Of a stretch of 64,000 bases of DNA, positions 1 to 13,500 are shown one piece after another. Position 1 is the first letter of the stretch. Each line of letters opens with the position of its first letter. The translations under genes were made by a program, and so were the position numbers. This DNA comes from Paraphysomonas bandaiensis (taxonomy: Eukaryota; Protista; Chrysophyceae). The DNA is taken from the NCBI GenBank assembly GCA_965644295.1, contig CBFFRP010000066.1:434001-498000 (forward strand). Direction: 5' to 3'. The notes beneath the pieces were generated by a model, which ran no database searches, was not told the DNA's origin, and was given only the letters and a program-made list of their open reading frames with translations.

Positions 1-268
1 TATTATTAGACGCTACGAAAGCTGCTTGTGCGTCACCGCAGGCACCAAGGTGCAACCACTTTTGCTCTATCACTCAAAGCAAAGGCAGTGAGCAAACAGA
101 AAATGTTGATATATACCTGACATCTGCTGACTTCAGAATTTTATTAAGGTGAACGTCCCGGATACTTGACTTCAGTAGGCAGCCCAATACCACGGATGCC
201 GTTGAGGTGGGCCCATTCCCGGATATTTGAGTTCAGCAGGTAGCCCAATACCCCCGGATTCCCTTGAG
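1..268 (+). mobile_element. Dispersed repeat family, copy 1 (5' part, cut by the window edge); putative non-autonomous Helitron-like element
   Basis: 1-190 aligns with 29641-29807 (+) and with the reverse complement of ~3840-4090 (e.g. CGCTACGAAAGCTGCTTG.GCGTCACCGCA, TTGATATATACCTG.CATCTGCTGA, GGTGAACGTCCCGGAT.CTTGACTTCAG). It also has an internal ~60-bp tandem duplication (157-206 vs 218-268). Confidence 0.7.
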
Positions 269-2108
269 AAATCTCTCCGGTACTAATCACCCAGAACACC
301 GCAAAAAGGTGCGAGTCCGACTTTATTGAGGGTGTGGCCATAATAACTCCAGTGTTTCTATTTAGTATTGGCTATAAGTTTAGAGCTGTTGCTCTTTTTA
401 CTGGTTCCAGATATGTGCTATTTTCGTTAAAAGATTAATAATCATATTGATATGTGTGTACCCCTCAGCACCATGAGGAGTTCTCTCCATAGCTGCAGGA
501 GGTATAAGATTTCTGGCTATCGGTATGAACTTGAAAAGCTTCTCCTCAATTCAGTCATCGCCTAGGTAGTAAGCATCATCTCAACATCTAAAAATAACCA
601 ATGCTCACTGTGTTTCACCACTCGGTAATACTTCTGTAATAAAACAGCACCGACTCTTAACTCACTGGCATCAATTAGTAGTCCATTCTAGCCCATAGTC
701 TGGATAGAAAAAAGCTCACATGAATCTTGAACACCCTTGATGAAGCAACGAAATTCAGTTTCATAGCTATGTCTCCAAGTCTTTTCGGTCAAGTCCTTTA
801 CATGAGCCACCTAATCTGTGTATTTTGGAGTAAAAAAGTCGAGGTAATACCAAAACCTGGTGAAATGTATAAAACCTGGAAATATTTGATGATGGTCGGA
901 AAAGGGTTTAAATATGCACAATAACTAACTATGAAGATATTAATTGTGTGAAGTATATTGTTTATAATATTTTTTACTACTTTCTTGCATATGACTTCAG
1001 TTTTACAGCAATAAAAGTCACCGACTACACACATATATCATACACTACAAGAGTACTGAGTCGTATAAGCTAACCCATAGGACCTTCAACAGTAGAGCTC
1101 ATAAAGTGATCAATGCACTGGGAGATAGAGCTGAAGCAGATAAATTAATTCTATGTGCGGGAGAAATCTGTGGTAGCAATAGCCAACATATTTTTGACCA
1201 TGTATATCCTAAGCTTATATCTATTGCTCATGGTGACAAACCACCGAATAGACCAAACGATTTGAATATTTACACTTTAACGAATCGATTACCAACAAAA
1301 CGAGAATGACTAACGATACATACTTGTAATCGGTATATATTTTGTGGGGCCTGTCAAAGTCTGGTGATAAGGCAAGTAGATCATTGCAAAAGCACAAGCA
1401 CGAGGTGGTAGCCAATCTAAAATGCACTATACAACGTCTATGAAAGACGAGGGCTGGCATTGATATCGTTGACTGATACAAAGCAACCCACACTCCATAC
1501 TGCTGCATATGGAGAGCAGCATAACACTGAAAGCCTCAACCACATGAAGATAAAGCATGCGGTAGCTAGCATACACACTCCCTGCATCGCTGTAGCAGTA
1601 GAACGAACACACAAGTAGGGCACACCCATCAAACTCACCCACTGGACAGACAATCAACAGGAGAGTCCATCAGTGCTCCGTGTTCTGGTGTCTCAGTCCC
1701 TTAGAGGCCTCCGCATAGTGACACTATGAGTGCATCCCACTCAACAGAAGCAGAGGAGAGAGCGGACTCATATGTGGGGAGTCTGTGCCGCTAACAGCAG
1801 CAGCATGTATGTACACTATATGCAGTATATATATATATAAATCCCTGGTTTTTAGCTGGAAACTGTTTTTTGATAAAAATATATAGGATTACACCCACAC
1901 ATTCACAACAGTACAGTACATAGTGTACACACACTGTACATTTGTCATATAGAAAACCTCACTTTTGATAAAGTTTACTGCTGTATTTCGCTTTAGAATG
2001 TTAGGTAATTTCTTAAATACCCTACTTTTAGCCCTCTATCCCTGAATATTGAGTGCATATATGGGATTTTTTCATCACTCATATCCTTATCCTATCCATC
2101 CTTAAAAC

Positions 2109-2197
2109 TGTACTCTGATTGGATACACTAACTACGTCACTTCACATGTCATGTCTTCATATCCAATCCATCTATTATTATGTACTCTGATTGGATA
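2109..2197. promoter_or_regulatory. Cluster of CCAAT boxes upstream of the TMEM53-like gene
   Basis: Exact 17-bp direct repeat TGTACTCTGATTGGATA at 2109-2125 and 2181-2197, an opposite-orientation TATCCAATC at 2160-2168, and CRE-like ACGTCA/TGACGT nearby. Function is inferred. Confidence 0.45.
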
Positions 2198-2432
2198 ATG
2201 GCATATGACGTTATCGAAAGAGCAGATTAAAGTCACCATAGAGAGTATGTGAATCTATCTACACAGCAGTGTGTGTGGTCCGCATATCTATCCACTCTAT
2301 GTATGTGTATGTATGTATGTGTATGTGTATGTATGTATAGAAAGAGCCGCTGCTCAGTCTCAGTGCGTGTCATATACATACATACACCACCCACACCTGC
2401 ACATACACACCACACACACACTCCAGCACCTA

Positions 2433-3389
2433 ATGAACCCCCTCCGCCGGTCCCTATCAACCTCCCCTATCCCAAAGGACCTCCAAATGCCCACCCCACT
2501 CAGTAGAGGTCACGGTATGATGCTCCGTCGGTCCCCTATAGACAACCTCACACTATGTCCCAAAAACAACAATCTATGTCCCAAAACACCCTCTTCGAAT
2601 CCATTAGCAGTTGTTGTTGGATGGATGGGTGCAAAAGACTCTCAACTCAAGCCATACTTATCCTTCTATCATGCTCATGGGTTCGATACACTGTCCTTTG
2701 CAGTCGGGCCAATGCATGTGTTAGCTCCCAGTAAAGCACAGCAATATATGAATAGAGTATTAAACACTGCATTAGAAATCAGTTATGAGAATACAAAAAC
2801 AGATAATGAAACCGATCCGAAAGATATCGTCTTTCACTCCTTCTCTATGGGGGGATATCTGTTTGGCCAGTCACTGATCAACATCAAGAACGAACCAGAA
2901 AAGTTTGGTTCACTGGAGACACTAATTAAAGCTCAGATATTTGATAGTCCGCCTGATTATGGCTCTATTGCATACGGAATATCTAGATCAGTGGGGACGG
3001 GTGGCCCTGTGGTTAAGATGGTCGAGAAAGTGGCAGAAGGTTATCTCGCTCTAACGAAAAACACTGCCGGAGTGGCCCATCGTGCAGCGTCTCAGGCCTT
3101 TCACGAAAACTACCTTCCCGCGCCCGCATTGTGGTACTACAGTCATGCGGATCCTATCTCCCGATATGAAGACTGTGAGACCGTAGTGGGTAAGTGGCGA
3201 GCAAGCGGTAAGCACGTCGAGACGGTTGTATGGAAGGACTCACCACACATTCAACACGGCCGTGTATATCCTGAACAATACTTTGGTACCCTGCAAAGCT
3301 TTCTCCAAAGGTGTGATGTTATTAAAGATTTTGACCAGACTGACAGCGAGAATGAAGAATTTACTAAAATGACGATGGACTCCGGGTAG
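2433..3389 (+). CDS. TMEM53: TMEM53/DUF829 family alpha/beta-hydrolase-fold protein, intronless
   Basis: Motifs VVGWMGAKDSQLKPY, FHSFSMGG, IFDSPP, YYSHADPI and WKDSPHIQH..YPEQY. The ORF track's upstream extension (2271-2432) is CA/TG low-complexity sequence, so ATG 2433 (MNPLRRSLST) is the more plausible start; 2488 and 2518 are alternatives. Confidence 0.85.
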   Translation: MNPLRRSLSTSPIPKDLQMPTPLSRGHGMMLRRSPIDNLTLCPKNNNLCPKTPSSNPLAVVVGWMGAKDSQLKPYLSFYHAHGFDTLSFAVGPMHVLAPSKAQQYMNRVLNTALEISYENTKTDNETDPKDIVFHSFSMGGYLFGQSLINIKNEPEKFGSLETLIKAQIFDSPPDYGSIAYGISRSVGTGGPVVKMVEKVAEGYLALTKNTAGVAHRAASQAFHENYLPAPALWYYSHADPISRYEDCETVVGKWRASGKHVETVVWKDSPHIQHGRVYPEQYFGTLQSFLQRCDVIKDFDQTDSENEEFTKMTMDSG

Positions 3390-3664
3390 ATGTTAATTAA
3401 TGTTGTGTTAAATGAGGTAAAAAATTGTTGGTGAAATTGTTATGAAAGTAATGAGGACAAAGTTTTAAGTAATGTATCATATAAATATGTGTGTAGAATA
3501 TTATGCTATATCAAACGTTTCATCGGGGGTGCGTAAATATTAACTGAATTGGAAAAGTATTCCTAACTTAGGTGTAATCTACTATTTGCCTCGATATTAT
3601 GTGTAGTATGCAGTGGGTAGAAGTAGAGTAGGGATTACAGTAGGAATTAGAAATTATCAGAGAA

Positions 3665-4105
3665 CTACTTGAGCCGCAAACATAGACAGCAGATAGCGTT
3701 CTGCCCACTCATAGCCGATTGCTGGTGTGGTGCAAGGAACACTAATATAAGTATATAAGTGTCACTTGTGTAGACGTTTTTGGGCCTTGACAAATAAACA
3801 CGCACCCGGGACTGAGCCCACCTCAAGGGCATCCGTGGTGTTGGCTTCCTGCTGAAGTCAAGCACCCGGGCTGTTCACTTTAAGGACTTAAAAATCATGA
3901 AAGCAGATGTCAGGTATATCAACATTCTGCTTGTTCTCTGCTTTTGCTCTGAGTGATATAGCTAAAGTGGTTGCACTTGAGTGCTTGCGGTGACGCAAAA
4001 GCAAATCTCGTGTATATACCATTACTCGTCATATCAATCACAAAGAATTCACCCGTATATTGATAGGTGTGACTTCGTAGCGTTTAATAGTAAGATATCA
4101 GAGTT
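3665..4105 (-). mobile_element. Dispersed repeat family, copy 2 (near full length, with a ~68-bp insertion at ~4005-4073); putative non-autonomous Helitron-like element
   Basis: Reverse complement matches 1-220, 29626-29807 and, in the same orientation, 29969-30137. Minus strand reads A|TCTTACTATTAAACG at the 5' side and ...TTTGCGGCTCAAGTAG|T at the 3' side. No terminal inverted repeats. Confidence 0.7.
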
Positions 4106-4583
4106 CAGTACTGGTTAGTTAAATAACAATGCTAAATTAGTAATTAGTTTTGACTCCTAAACGCCTATTGCTAATAATAAAACATTCACCAGAAGTTTAT
4201 ACATAGTAGGCATATCAGGGATCATGAACACAATGGTTTACGATAATAGGTCAGCTTTATCGTGTTAGCAAGTGAAACGTTTTGAAGGATGATATACGAT
4301 GTGCAGTCAAGGGAAGAAATGAGGCTTATACGTCTGAGCAGTATTTAAAGTTTATATGACCATATTATCGCAACTACTTATTATCTATATTATACATAAT
4401 CGCGCATGCAGTGAATCCTAGAAAGCATCATACACTCTCCGTGATCAATTATAGAATTTTGTTCTATATAGTTGGCCGCAAAGAATGTGGGCTCAAAATA
4501 CGGCACCGTCAATCACTGGGCAATATATGTCTTGTATGTATTCTAAAGTACTCATGTAACCATTGATTCTAACTGCTAAAAAC

Positions 4584-7500
4584 TTAAAGGCTGACTCCCT
4601 TGGTAGGTTCAGAAATACGATTTTCCAAAGCGGATGGAATTGTGGAAGAAACTAAATCCGCGGATGAAGAAGATGTGGAATGTAACGAAAAAGAAGACTC
4701 CCTGGACTGTATTGAATGGGAACTAATGGAATGGGGTTGCTCAGCACCCAAAGTGTACTCAGCACCGTCTGATATCGACAGAACATTGTGATCAACGAAT
4801 GACTTATTGTCATTCATGTCAGTCTTATCGAGAATTAAAACGCCATCACCTTGCTGGTTACTTGTACGAGTTCCTTCTTCGATGCTAGAAAAATTTGAGT
4901 CACAAAAGGATTCCTGGGCACGTTCGGCATCATGACTTTCTTTACGCGGATGCTGAGAGTCCGCTTCATTGCGATGTCGCACGAACATCACGTACGCACA
5001 ACAAAAAACCAAAACAATAAACATTGTTACTCCTATAGTTATGCCAGTGACTTCACTCGCATTCAGAGTGTCACTGCTTGAGGCTGAGTTTGCAAGATTC
5101 ACATCACTCTCAACTGTCGGTGCGGAAGATGGATTGGGAGTTACATTTGTTGGACATGCAGCCAATGTGGAAGGTGCAACAAGGTCCAGATTAGGCTTTT
5201 CGAGTAAACATTGTGCAATACAGCTGAAACTGTTTTCATTACTGGAGGACAGTGTTGAAACGACCACAAATGTCTCAAGTGGAAGGGCACAAAGAGATGA
5301 TGGAATCTGGCCAACAAAGCCATTCCCACTAATATCTAGATATTTAAGAGACGTCATTTCCTGTATCGCAGTGAAACTATCATCGACGAAGTCATTCTGA
5401 AGTCGTCGACCAACTGAACCAACGTGATTCCGTATATGATGACCAGACCACAATTCATTGAGCTTACGCCGTCCAGAAGTTCCCAATAGATTTGATCCAA
5501 GATCTAGGGTGGCTAGATTCTTAAGTAAACCAAGTTCAAGAGGTAAGGGGCCTTCGATATTGTTGTTCGAAAAATATGCTTCCAGAAGCGTTGTGAGGGC
5601 ACCGATACTAGATGGGATAGTTCCAGATATCTGACTACCTCTAACATCAACAGAAGTAAGGTGTCCATTATCATCGCAACTCAAAACTGTCCCACCACTG
5701 TCACAAATAGATACATTACCACCTCGAGTCCAGCCCTTTACATCTAAATTAAAAGCCTCCACAAGGTCACTGACAGCAACATCCACAGGATCAAACGTCG
5801 GGGCCATCGAAAGTAAAGTAGTAGGATGGGTAGTCGCGCCTTCAATTGATGGAGAAACACTCGGTCGTGCAGACGGAATAATTGTTGGACTGTCAGTTGG
5901 AGACACCGAGGGAACTGCAGTTGGAACCAACGTGGGAAACGATGTTGGTACTGCGGTGGGACTCAATGTTACGGCCACAGTTGGGGATTCCGTGGGAGCC
6001 ACACTCGGAACCAGTGTTGGAGTGCTGGTTGGGGAACTGGTGGGGGATATCGTCGGTACTGAAGTTGGAATGGTGGTGGGACTGTTAGTTGGAGTATATG
6101 TCGGTGATACACTGGGTTCCGATGTGGGCGATTGTGTAGGAGACATAGTCGGACTACTCGTTGGACTGTCAGTTGGAGACACCGAGGGAACTGCAGTTGG
6201 AACCAACGTGGGAAACGATGTTGGTACTGCGGTGGGACTCAATGTTACGGCCACAGTTGGGGATTCCGTGGGAGCCACACTCGGAACCAGTGTTGGAGTG
6301 CTGGTTGGGGAACTGGTGGGGGATATCGTCGGTACTGAAGTTGGAATGGTGGTGGGACTGCTAGTTGGAGTATATGTCGGTGATACACTGGGTTCCGATG
6401 TGGGCGATTGTGTAGGAGACATAGTCGGACTACTCGTTGGACTGTCAGTTGGAGACACCGAGGGAACTGCAGTTGGAACCAACGTGGGAAACGGTGTTGG
6501 TACTGCGGTGGGACTCAATGTTACGACCATAGTTGGGGATTCCGTGGGAGCCACACTCGGAACCAGTGTTGGAGTGCTGGTTGGGGAACTGGTGGGGGAT
6601 ATCGTCGGTACTGAAGTTGGAATGGTGGTGGGACTGTTACTTGGAGTATATGTCGGTGATACACTGGGTTCCGATGTGGGCGATTGTGTAGGAGACATAG
6701 TCGGACTACTCGTTGGACTGTCAGTTGGAGACACCGAGGGAACTGCAGTTGGAGCCAACGTGGGAAACGATGTTGGTACTGCGGTGGGACTCAATGTTAC
6801 GGCCACAGTTGGGGATTCCGTGGGAGCCACACTCGGAACCAGTGTAGGAGTGCTGGTTGGGGAACTGGTGGGGGATATCGTCGGTACTGAAGTTGGAATG
6901 GTGGTGGGACTGCTAGTTGGAGTATATGTCGGTGATACACTGGGTTCCGATGTGGGCGCTAGTGTAGGAGACATAGTCGGACTACTCGTTGGACTGTCAG
7001 TTGGAGACACCGAGGGAACTGCAGTTGGAACCAACGTGGGAAGCGATGTTGGTACTGCGGTGGGACTCAATGTTACGGCCACAGTTGGGGATTCCGTGGG
7101 AGCTGCACTCGGAACCAATGTAGGTGACGTGCTAGGAGCAACAGTAGGGAATACGGTTGGAGGGTTTGTAACATCAGGTGAAGGAGATACAGCAGGATCA
7201 ACAGTTGGTGACAATGTAGGAGACATAGTCGGACTACTCGTTGGACTGTCAGTTGGAGACACCGAGGGAACTGCAGTTGGAACCAACGTGGGAAGCGATG
7301 TTGGTACTGCGGTGGGACTCAATGTTACGGCCACAGTTGGGGATTCCGTGGGAGCTGCACTCGGAACCAATGTAGGTGATGTGCTAGGAGCAGCAGTAGG
7401 GAATACGGTCGGAGGGTTTGTAACATCAGGTGAAGGAGATACAGCAGGATCAACAGTTGGTGACAATGTAGGAGACATAGTCGGACTACTCGTTGGACTG

Positions 7501-10500
7501 TCAGTTGGAGACACCGAGGGAACTGCAGTTGGAACCAACGTGGGAAGCGATGTTGGTACTGCGGTGGGACTCAATGTTACGGCCACAGTTGGGGATTCCG
7601 TGGGAGCTGCACTCGGAACCAATGTAGGTGACGTGCTAGGAGCAGCAGTAGGGAATACGGTCGGAGGGTTTGTAACATCAGGTGAAGGAGATACAGCAGG
7701 ATCAAGAGTTGGTGACAATGTAGGAGACATAGTCGGACTACTCGTTGGACTGTCAGTTGGAGACACCGAGGGAACTGCAGTTGGAACCAACGTGGGAAGC
7801 GATGTTGGTACTGCGGTGGGACTCAATGTTACGGCCACAGTTGGGGATTCCGTGGGAGCTGCACTCGGAACCAATGTAGGTGACGTGCTAGGAGCAACAG
7901 TAGGGAATACGGTTGGAGGGTTTGTAACATCAGGTGAAGGAGATACAGCAGGATCAAGAGTTGGTGACAATGTAGGAGACATAGTCGGACTACTCGTTGG
8001 ACTGTCAGTTGGAGACACCGAGGGAACTGCAGTTGGAACCAACGTGGGAAGCGATGTTGGTACTGCGGTGGGACTCAATGTTACGGCCACAGTTGGGGAT
8101 TCCGTGGGAGCTGCACTCGGAACCAATGTAGGTGATGTGCTAGGAGCAGCAGTAGGGAATACGGTCGGAGGGTTTGTAACATCAGGTGAAGGAGATACAG
8201 CAGGATCAACAGTTGGTGACAATGTAGGAGACATAGTCGGACTACTCGTTGGACTGTCAGTTGGAGACACCGAGGGAACTGCAGTTGGAACCAACGTGGG
8301 AAGCGATGTTGGTACTGCGGTGGGACTCAATGTTACGGCCACAGTTGGGGATTCCGTGGGAGCTGCACTCGGAACCAATGTAGGTGACGTGCTAGGAGCA
8401 GCAGTAGGGAATACGGTCGGAGGGTTTGTAACATCAGGTGAAGGAGATACAGCAGGATCAAGAGTTGGTGACAATGTAGGAGACATAGTCGGACTACTCG
8501 TTGGACTGTCAGTTGGAGACACCGAGGGAACTGCAGTTGGAACCAACGTGGGAAGCGATGTTGGTACTGCGGTGGGACTCAATGTTACGGCCACAGTTGG
8601 GGATTCCGTGGGAGCTGCACTCGGAACCAATGTAGGTGACGTGCTAGGAGCAACAGTAGGGAATACGGTTGGAGGGTTTGTAACATCAGGTGAAGGAGAT
8701 ACAGCAGGATCAAGAGTTGGTGACAATGTAGGAGACATAGTCGGACTACTCGTTGGACTGTCAGTTGGAGACACCGAGGGAACTGCAGTTGGAACCAACG
8801 TGGGAAGCGATGTTGGTACTGCGGTGGGACTCAATGTTACGGCCACAGTTGGGGATTCCGTGGGAGCTGCACTCGGAACCAATGTAGGTGATGTGCTAGG
8901 AGCAGCAGTAGGGAATACGGTCGGAGGGTTTGTAACATCAGGTGAAGGAGATACAGCAGGATCAACAGTTGGTGACAATGTAGGAGACATAGTCGGACTA
9001 CTCGTTGGACTGTCAGTTGGAGACACCGAGGGAACTGCAGTTGGAACCAACGTGGGAAGCGATGTTGGTACTGCGGTGGGACTCAATGTTACGGCCACAG
9101 TTGGGGATTCCGTGGGAGCTGCACTCGGAACCAATGTAGGTGACGTGCTAGGAGCAACAGTAGGGAATACGGTCGGAGGGTTTGTAACATCAGGTGAAGG
9201 AGATACAGCAGGATCAAGAGTTGGTGACAATGTAGGAGACATAGTCGGACTACTCGTTGGACTGTCAGTTGGAGACACCGAGAGAACTGCAGTTGGAACC
9301 AACGTGGGAAGCGATGTTGGTACTGCGGTGGGACTCAATGTTACGACTACAGTTGGGGATTCCGTGGAAGCTGCACTCGGAACCAATGTAGGTGATGTGC
9401 TAGGAGCAACAGTAGGGAATACGGTTGGAGGGTTTGTAACATCAGGTGAAGGAGATACAGCAGGATCAAGAGTTGGTGACAATGTAGGAGACATAGTCGG
9501 ACTACTCGTTGGACTGTCAGTTGGAGACACCGAGGGAACTGCAGTTGGAACCAACGTGGGAAGCGATGTTGGTACTGCGGTGGGACTCAATGTTACGGCC
9601 ACAGTTGGGGATTCCGTGGGAGCTGCACTCGGAACCAATGTAGGTGATGTGCTAGGAGCAACAGTAGGGAATACGGTTGGAGGGTTTGTAACATCAGGTG
9701 AAGGAGATACAGCAGGATCAACAGTTGGTGACAATGTAGGAGACGTAGTCGGACTACTCGTTGGACTGTCAGTTGGAGACACCGAGGGAACTGCAGTTGG
9801 AACCAACGTGGGAAGCGATGTTGGTACTGCGGTGGGACTCAATGTTACGGCCACAGTTGGGGATTCCGTGGGAGCTGCACTCGGAACCAATGTAGGTGAT
9901 GTGCTAGGAGCAACAGTAGGGAATACGGTTGGAGGGTTTGTAACATCAGGTGAAGGAGATACAGCAGGATCAAGAGTTGGTGACAATGTAGGAGACGTAG
10001 TCGGACTACTCGTTGGACTGTCAGTTGGAGACACCGAGGGAACTGCAGTTGGAACCAACGTGGGAAGCGATGTTGGTACTGCGGTGGGACTCAATGTTAC
10101 GGCCACAGTTGGGGATTCCGTGGGAGCTGCACTCGGAACCAATGTAGGTGATGTGCTAGGAGCAACAGTAGGGAATACGGTCGGAGGGTTTGTAACATCA
10201 GGTGAAGGAGATACAGCAGGATCAACGGTTGGTGACAATGTAGGAGACATAGTCGGACTACTCGTTGGACTGTCAGTTGGAGACACCGAGGGAACTGCAG
10301 TTGGAACCAACGTGGGAAGCGATGTTGGTACTGCGGTGGGACTCAATGTTACGACCACAGTTGGGGATTCCGTGGGAGCTGCACTCGGAACCAGTGTAGG
10401 AGTGCTGGTTGGGGAATTGGTGGGGGATATCGTCGGTACTGAAGTTGGAATGGTGGTGGGACTGTTAGTTGGAGTATATGTCGGTGATACACTGGGTTCC

Positions 10501-13500
10501 GATGTGGGCGATTGTGTAGGAGACATAGTCGGACTACTCGTTGGACTGTCAGTTGGAGACACCGAGGGAACTGCAGTTGGAACCAACGTGGGAAGCGATG
10601 TTGGTACTGCGGTGGGACTCAATGTTACGACCACAGTTGGGGATTCCGTGGGAGCCACACTCGGAACCAGTGTAGGAGAGTTGGTTGGGGAACTGGTGGG
10701 GGATATCGTCGGTACTGAAGTTGGAATGGTGGTGGGACTGTTAGTTGGAGTATATGTCGGTGATACACTGGGTTCCGATGTGGGCGCTAGTGTGGGAGAT
10801 GTTGACGGTGCAAATGTTGGATTCGAAGTAGGGATAGATGAGGGTGAACACGTTGGAGATCCTGTAGGAGACATAGTTGGTAACCGAGTGGGAGATGGTG
10901 ACGGCACTCCTGTGGGTACAAAAGTAGACGTGGGTGCCAATGATGGGGATACAGATAATCCACCAAAAGGCGTAAACAGAACACTACACACAGTACACGA
11001 TGATCGCAAATTCTGCTCGCCTACAATCATCGCATACACCGTTTCCCCTGTTGTGTGCTCTGTCTCCTCATCTACGCACTGATCCTCCTGAGTGATGATA
11101 CTCGCTCCGTCAGTTGTTCTTGCAAATGCCCTCAACCCAGTGCTATCAGCGAGACTTGTTGACGTACCAATGGTACCATACACACCAGGTGGAATCGTGT
11201 ATTGGAAATCATACTCTATATCTAACTTTACATTCGTAACACCGGTCCAGGAGAGAGTTTCAAACGTCATTCTCTCCACACAACTGATCGCTGCACCGAC
11301 TTCAAATGCCATATAAGCTAGTGTCTCAGGAGTCGTCATAACGTAATAACTAGAGTCTGACGAATCATGGGGCTGAAGTACTAATATGGCGTTGCGTCGA
11401 CGAACAATTCGGCCACGAGGTATCAGTAGCCGATCGTAAACAAGCGTCTGGAGTTGAAGAATGATTCCAATAGAAGCTCCCTCATCAAATGCACAGCTCA
11501 CAGTTGATGATTCACAGTTGACCGGGTAGTCGAACCTCACAAAATTAGACTGGTCCGAAACGTCTGAATTCTGCCGAGTGATCGGCCCACTCCCAACCAT
11601 AAAATAGTACCCAGACAAATTGAATGCTCCCTGTTCAACCACCATCCACGATAGATTAACTGCAGGAAATATAGGCGTTGGTATACTCCACTGCTTAGAG
11701 CAGTAGCTGTCGTTCGCCTGGTACAACTTCAAATCGAATGCAACTCGTCCTTCATCTCGTCTGACATTTCGAATTCTGGTAATTGCAGGGAAACCCTCAT
11801 TGGATGTCTCTCCAGGAATTTCAGGCAAGCTAACAAAAACAACAGGATCCACAAAAGATGCGTACAGTGATGACTGAGCCACCCAATTCTGGTCGTCCGC
11901 GACAGTGAACCCCACCTCAACCCAGATAAAGTCGACTGTCTTCTTACTAATCATATCGATCACATCAGCACTGCGATTGAAGGCCTCAGTACAAAGTGTA
12001 GGAGACGACGTCGGTTTATAGGTGGGAAGCGAAGAGGGGAGACTGCTAGGTTGTGTTGAGGGACTGGAAGTAGTTGGCACAGACGACGGGAATGACGAAG
12101 GAAGTGAAGTTGGGGAGCCCGATGGAATTCCCGATGGCAGCTTAGTGGGAACAGCAGAAGGTATAGCAGAAGGTGTATTAGACGGAAACCCGGTAGGATA
12201 TTGAGACGGTGTGGCAGATGGGGCTCCGGATGGAACACCGCTTGGTGTATGAGATGGTACACTAGACGGCACACTGGAAGGCTCCCCTGATGGTGTCTCA
12301 GATGGCACGCCTGAAGGTTCTGAGGATGGAGACCCCGTTGGAATACGAGATGGCAATGCAGAAGGTATTGCCGACGGAACATTGGAAGGCTCTCCTGATG
12401 GTGTCTGAGATGGTACACCAGAAGGTAAACCAGATGGAGATCCAGTTGGAACTGTGGTGGGTACAGCAGAAGGCTCCCCTGACGGAGCACCTGAAGGAAG
12501 ATGAGATGGAAATCCTGAAGGCTCACCCGTAGGAACCCTAGATGGTACACTAGATGGTTCTCCAGATGGAATTCCTGTGGGAATCTTGGTTGGTACCACA
12601 GAAGGCACACTAGACGGAGCTCCTGAAGGAATCCTGGTTGGTATAGCAGAAGGAGCCTCAGACGGAACTCCTGAGGGAACCTTGGAGGGAATAGCAGATG
12701 GTGTGCCAGATGGAACACCTGATGGAATTCCTGTAGGTGTACGAGATGGAATACCGGTAGGCTCTTCAGAAGGAGCCCTTGAAGGAACCCTGGTTGGTAT
12801 AGCAGAAGGAGCTTCAGACGGAACTCCTGAGGGAACACCTGATGGAATTCCTGTAGGTGTACGAGATGGAATACCGGTAGGCTCTTCAGAAGGAGCCCCT
12901 GAAGGAATCCTGGTTGGTATAACAGAAGGAGCCTCAGACGGAACTCCTGAGGGAACCTTGGAGGGAATAGCAGATGGTGTGCCAGATGGAACACCTGATG
13001 GAATTCCTGTAGGTGTACGAGATGGAATACCGGTAGGCTCTGCAGAAGGAGCCTCAGACGGAACTCCTGAGGGAACCTTGGAGGGAATAGCAGATGGTGT
13101 GCCAGATGGAACACCTGATGGAATTCCTGTAGGTGTACGAGATGGAATACCGGTAGGCTCTGCAGAAGGAGCCCCTGAAGGAACCCTGGTTGGTATAGCA
13201 GAAGGAGCCTCAGACGGAACTCCTGAGGGAACCTTGGAGGGAATAGCAGATGGTGTGCCAGATGGAACACCTGATGGAATTCCTGTAGGTGTACGAGATG
13301 GAATACCGGTAGGCTCTGCAGAAGGAGCCCCTGAAGGAATCCTGGTTGGTATAGCAGAAGGAGCCTCAGACGGAACTCCTGAGGGAACCTTGGAGGGAAT
13401 AGCAGATGGTGTGCCAGATGGAACACCTGATGGAATTCCTGTAGGTGTACGAGATGGAATACCGGTAGGCTCTGCAGAAGGAGCCCCCGATGGAGAACCT

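Noticed and set aside
480-1790. Possible decayed membrane-protein gene on the minus strand, divergent from TMEM53
   Set aside because: Only short hydrophobic ORFs with many stops and no recognisable motif.
5932-11082. 1716-aa V/G-rich ORF on + (also 12577-13740 + and 11960-14095 -)
   Set aside because: Antisense or alternate-frame shadows of the P/T/S repeats in the real minus-strand gene.
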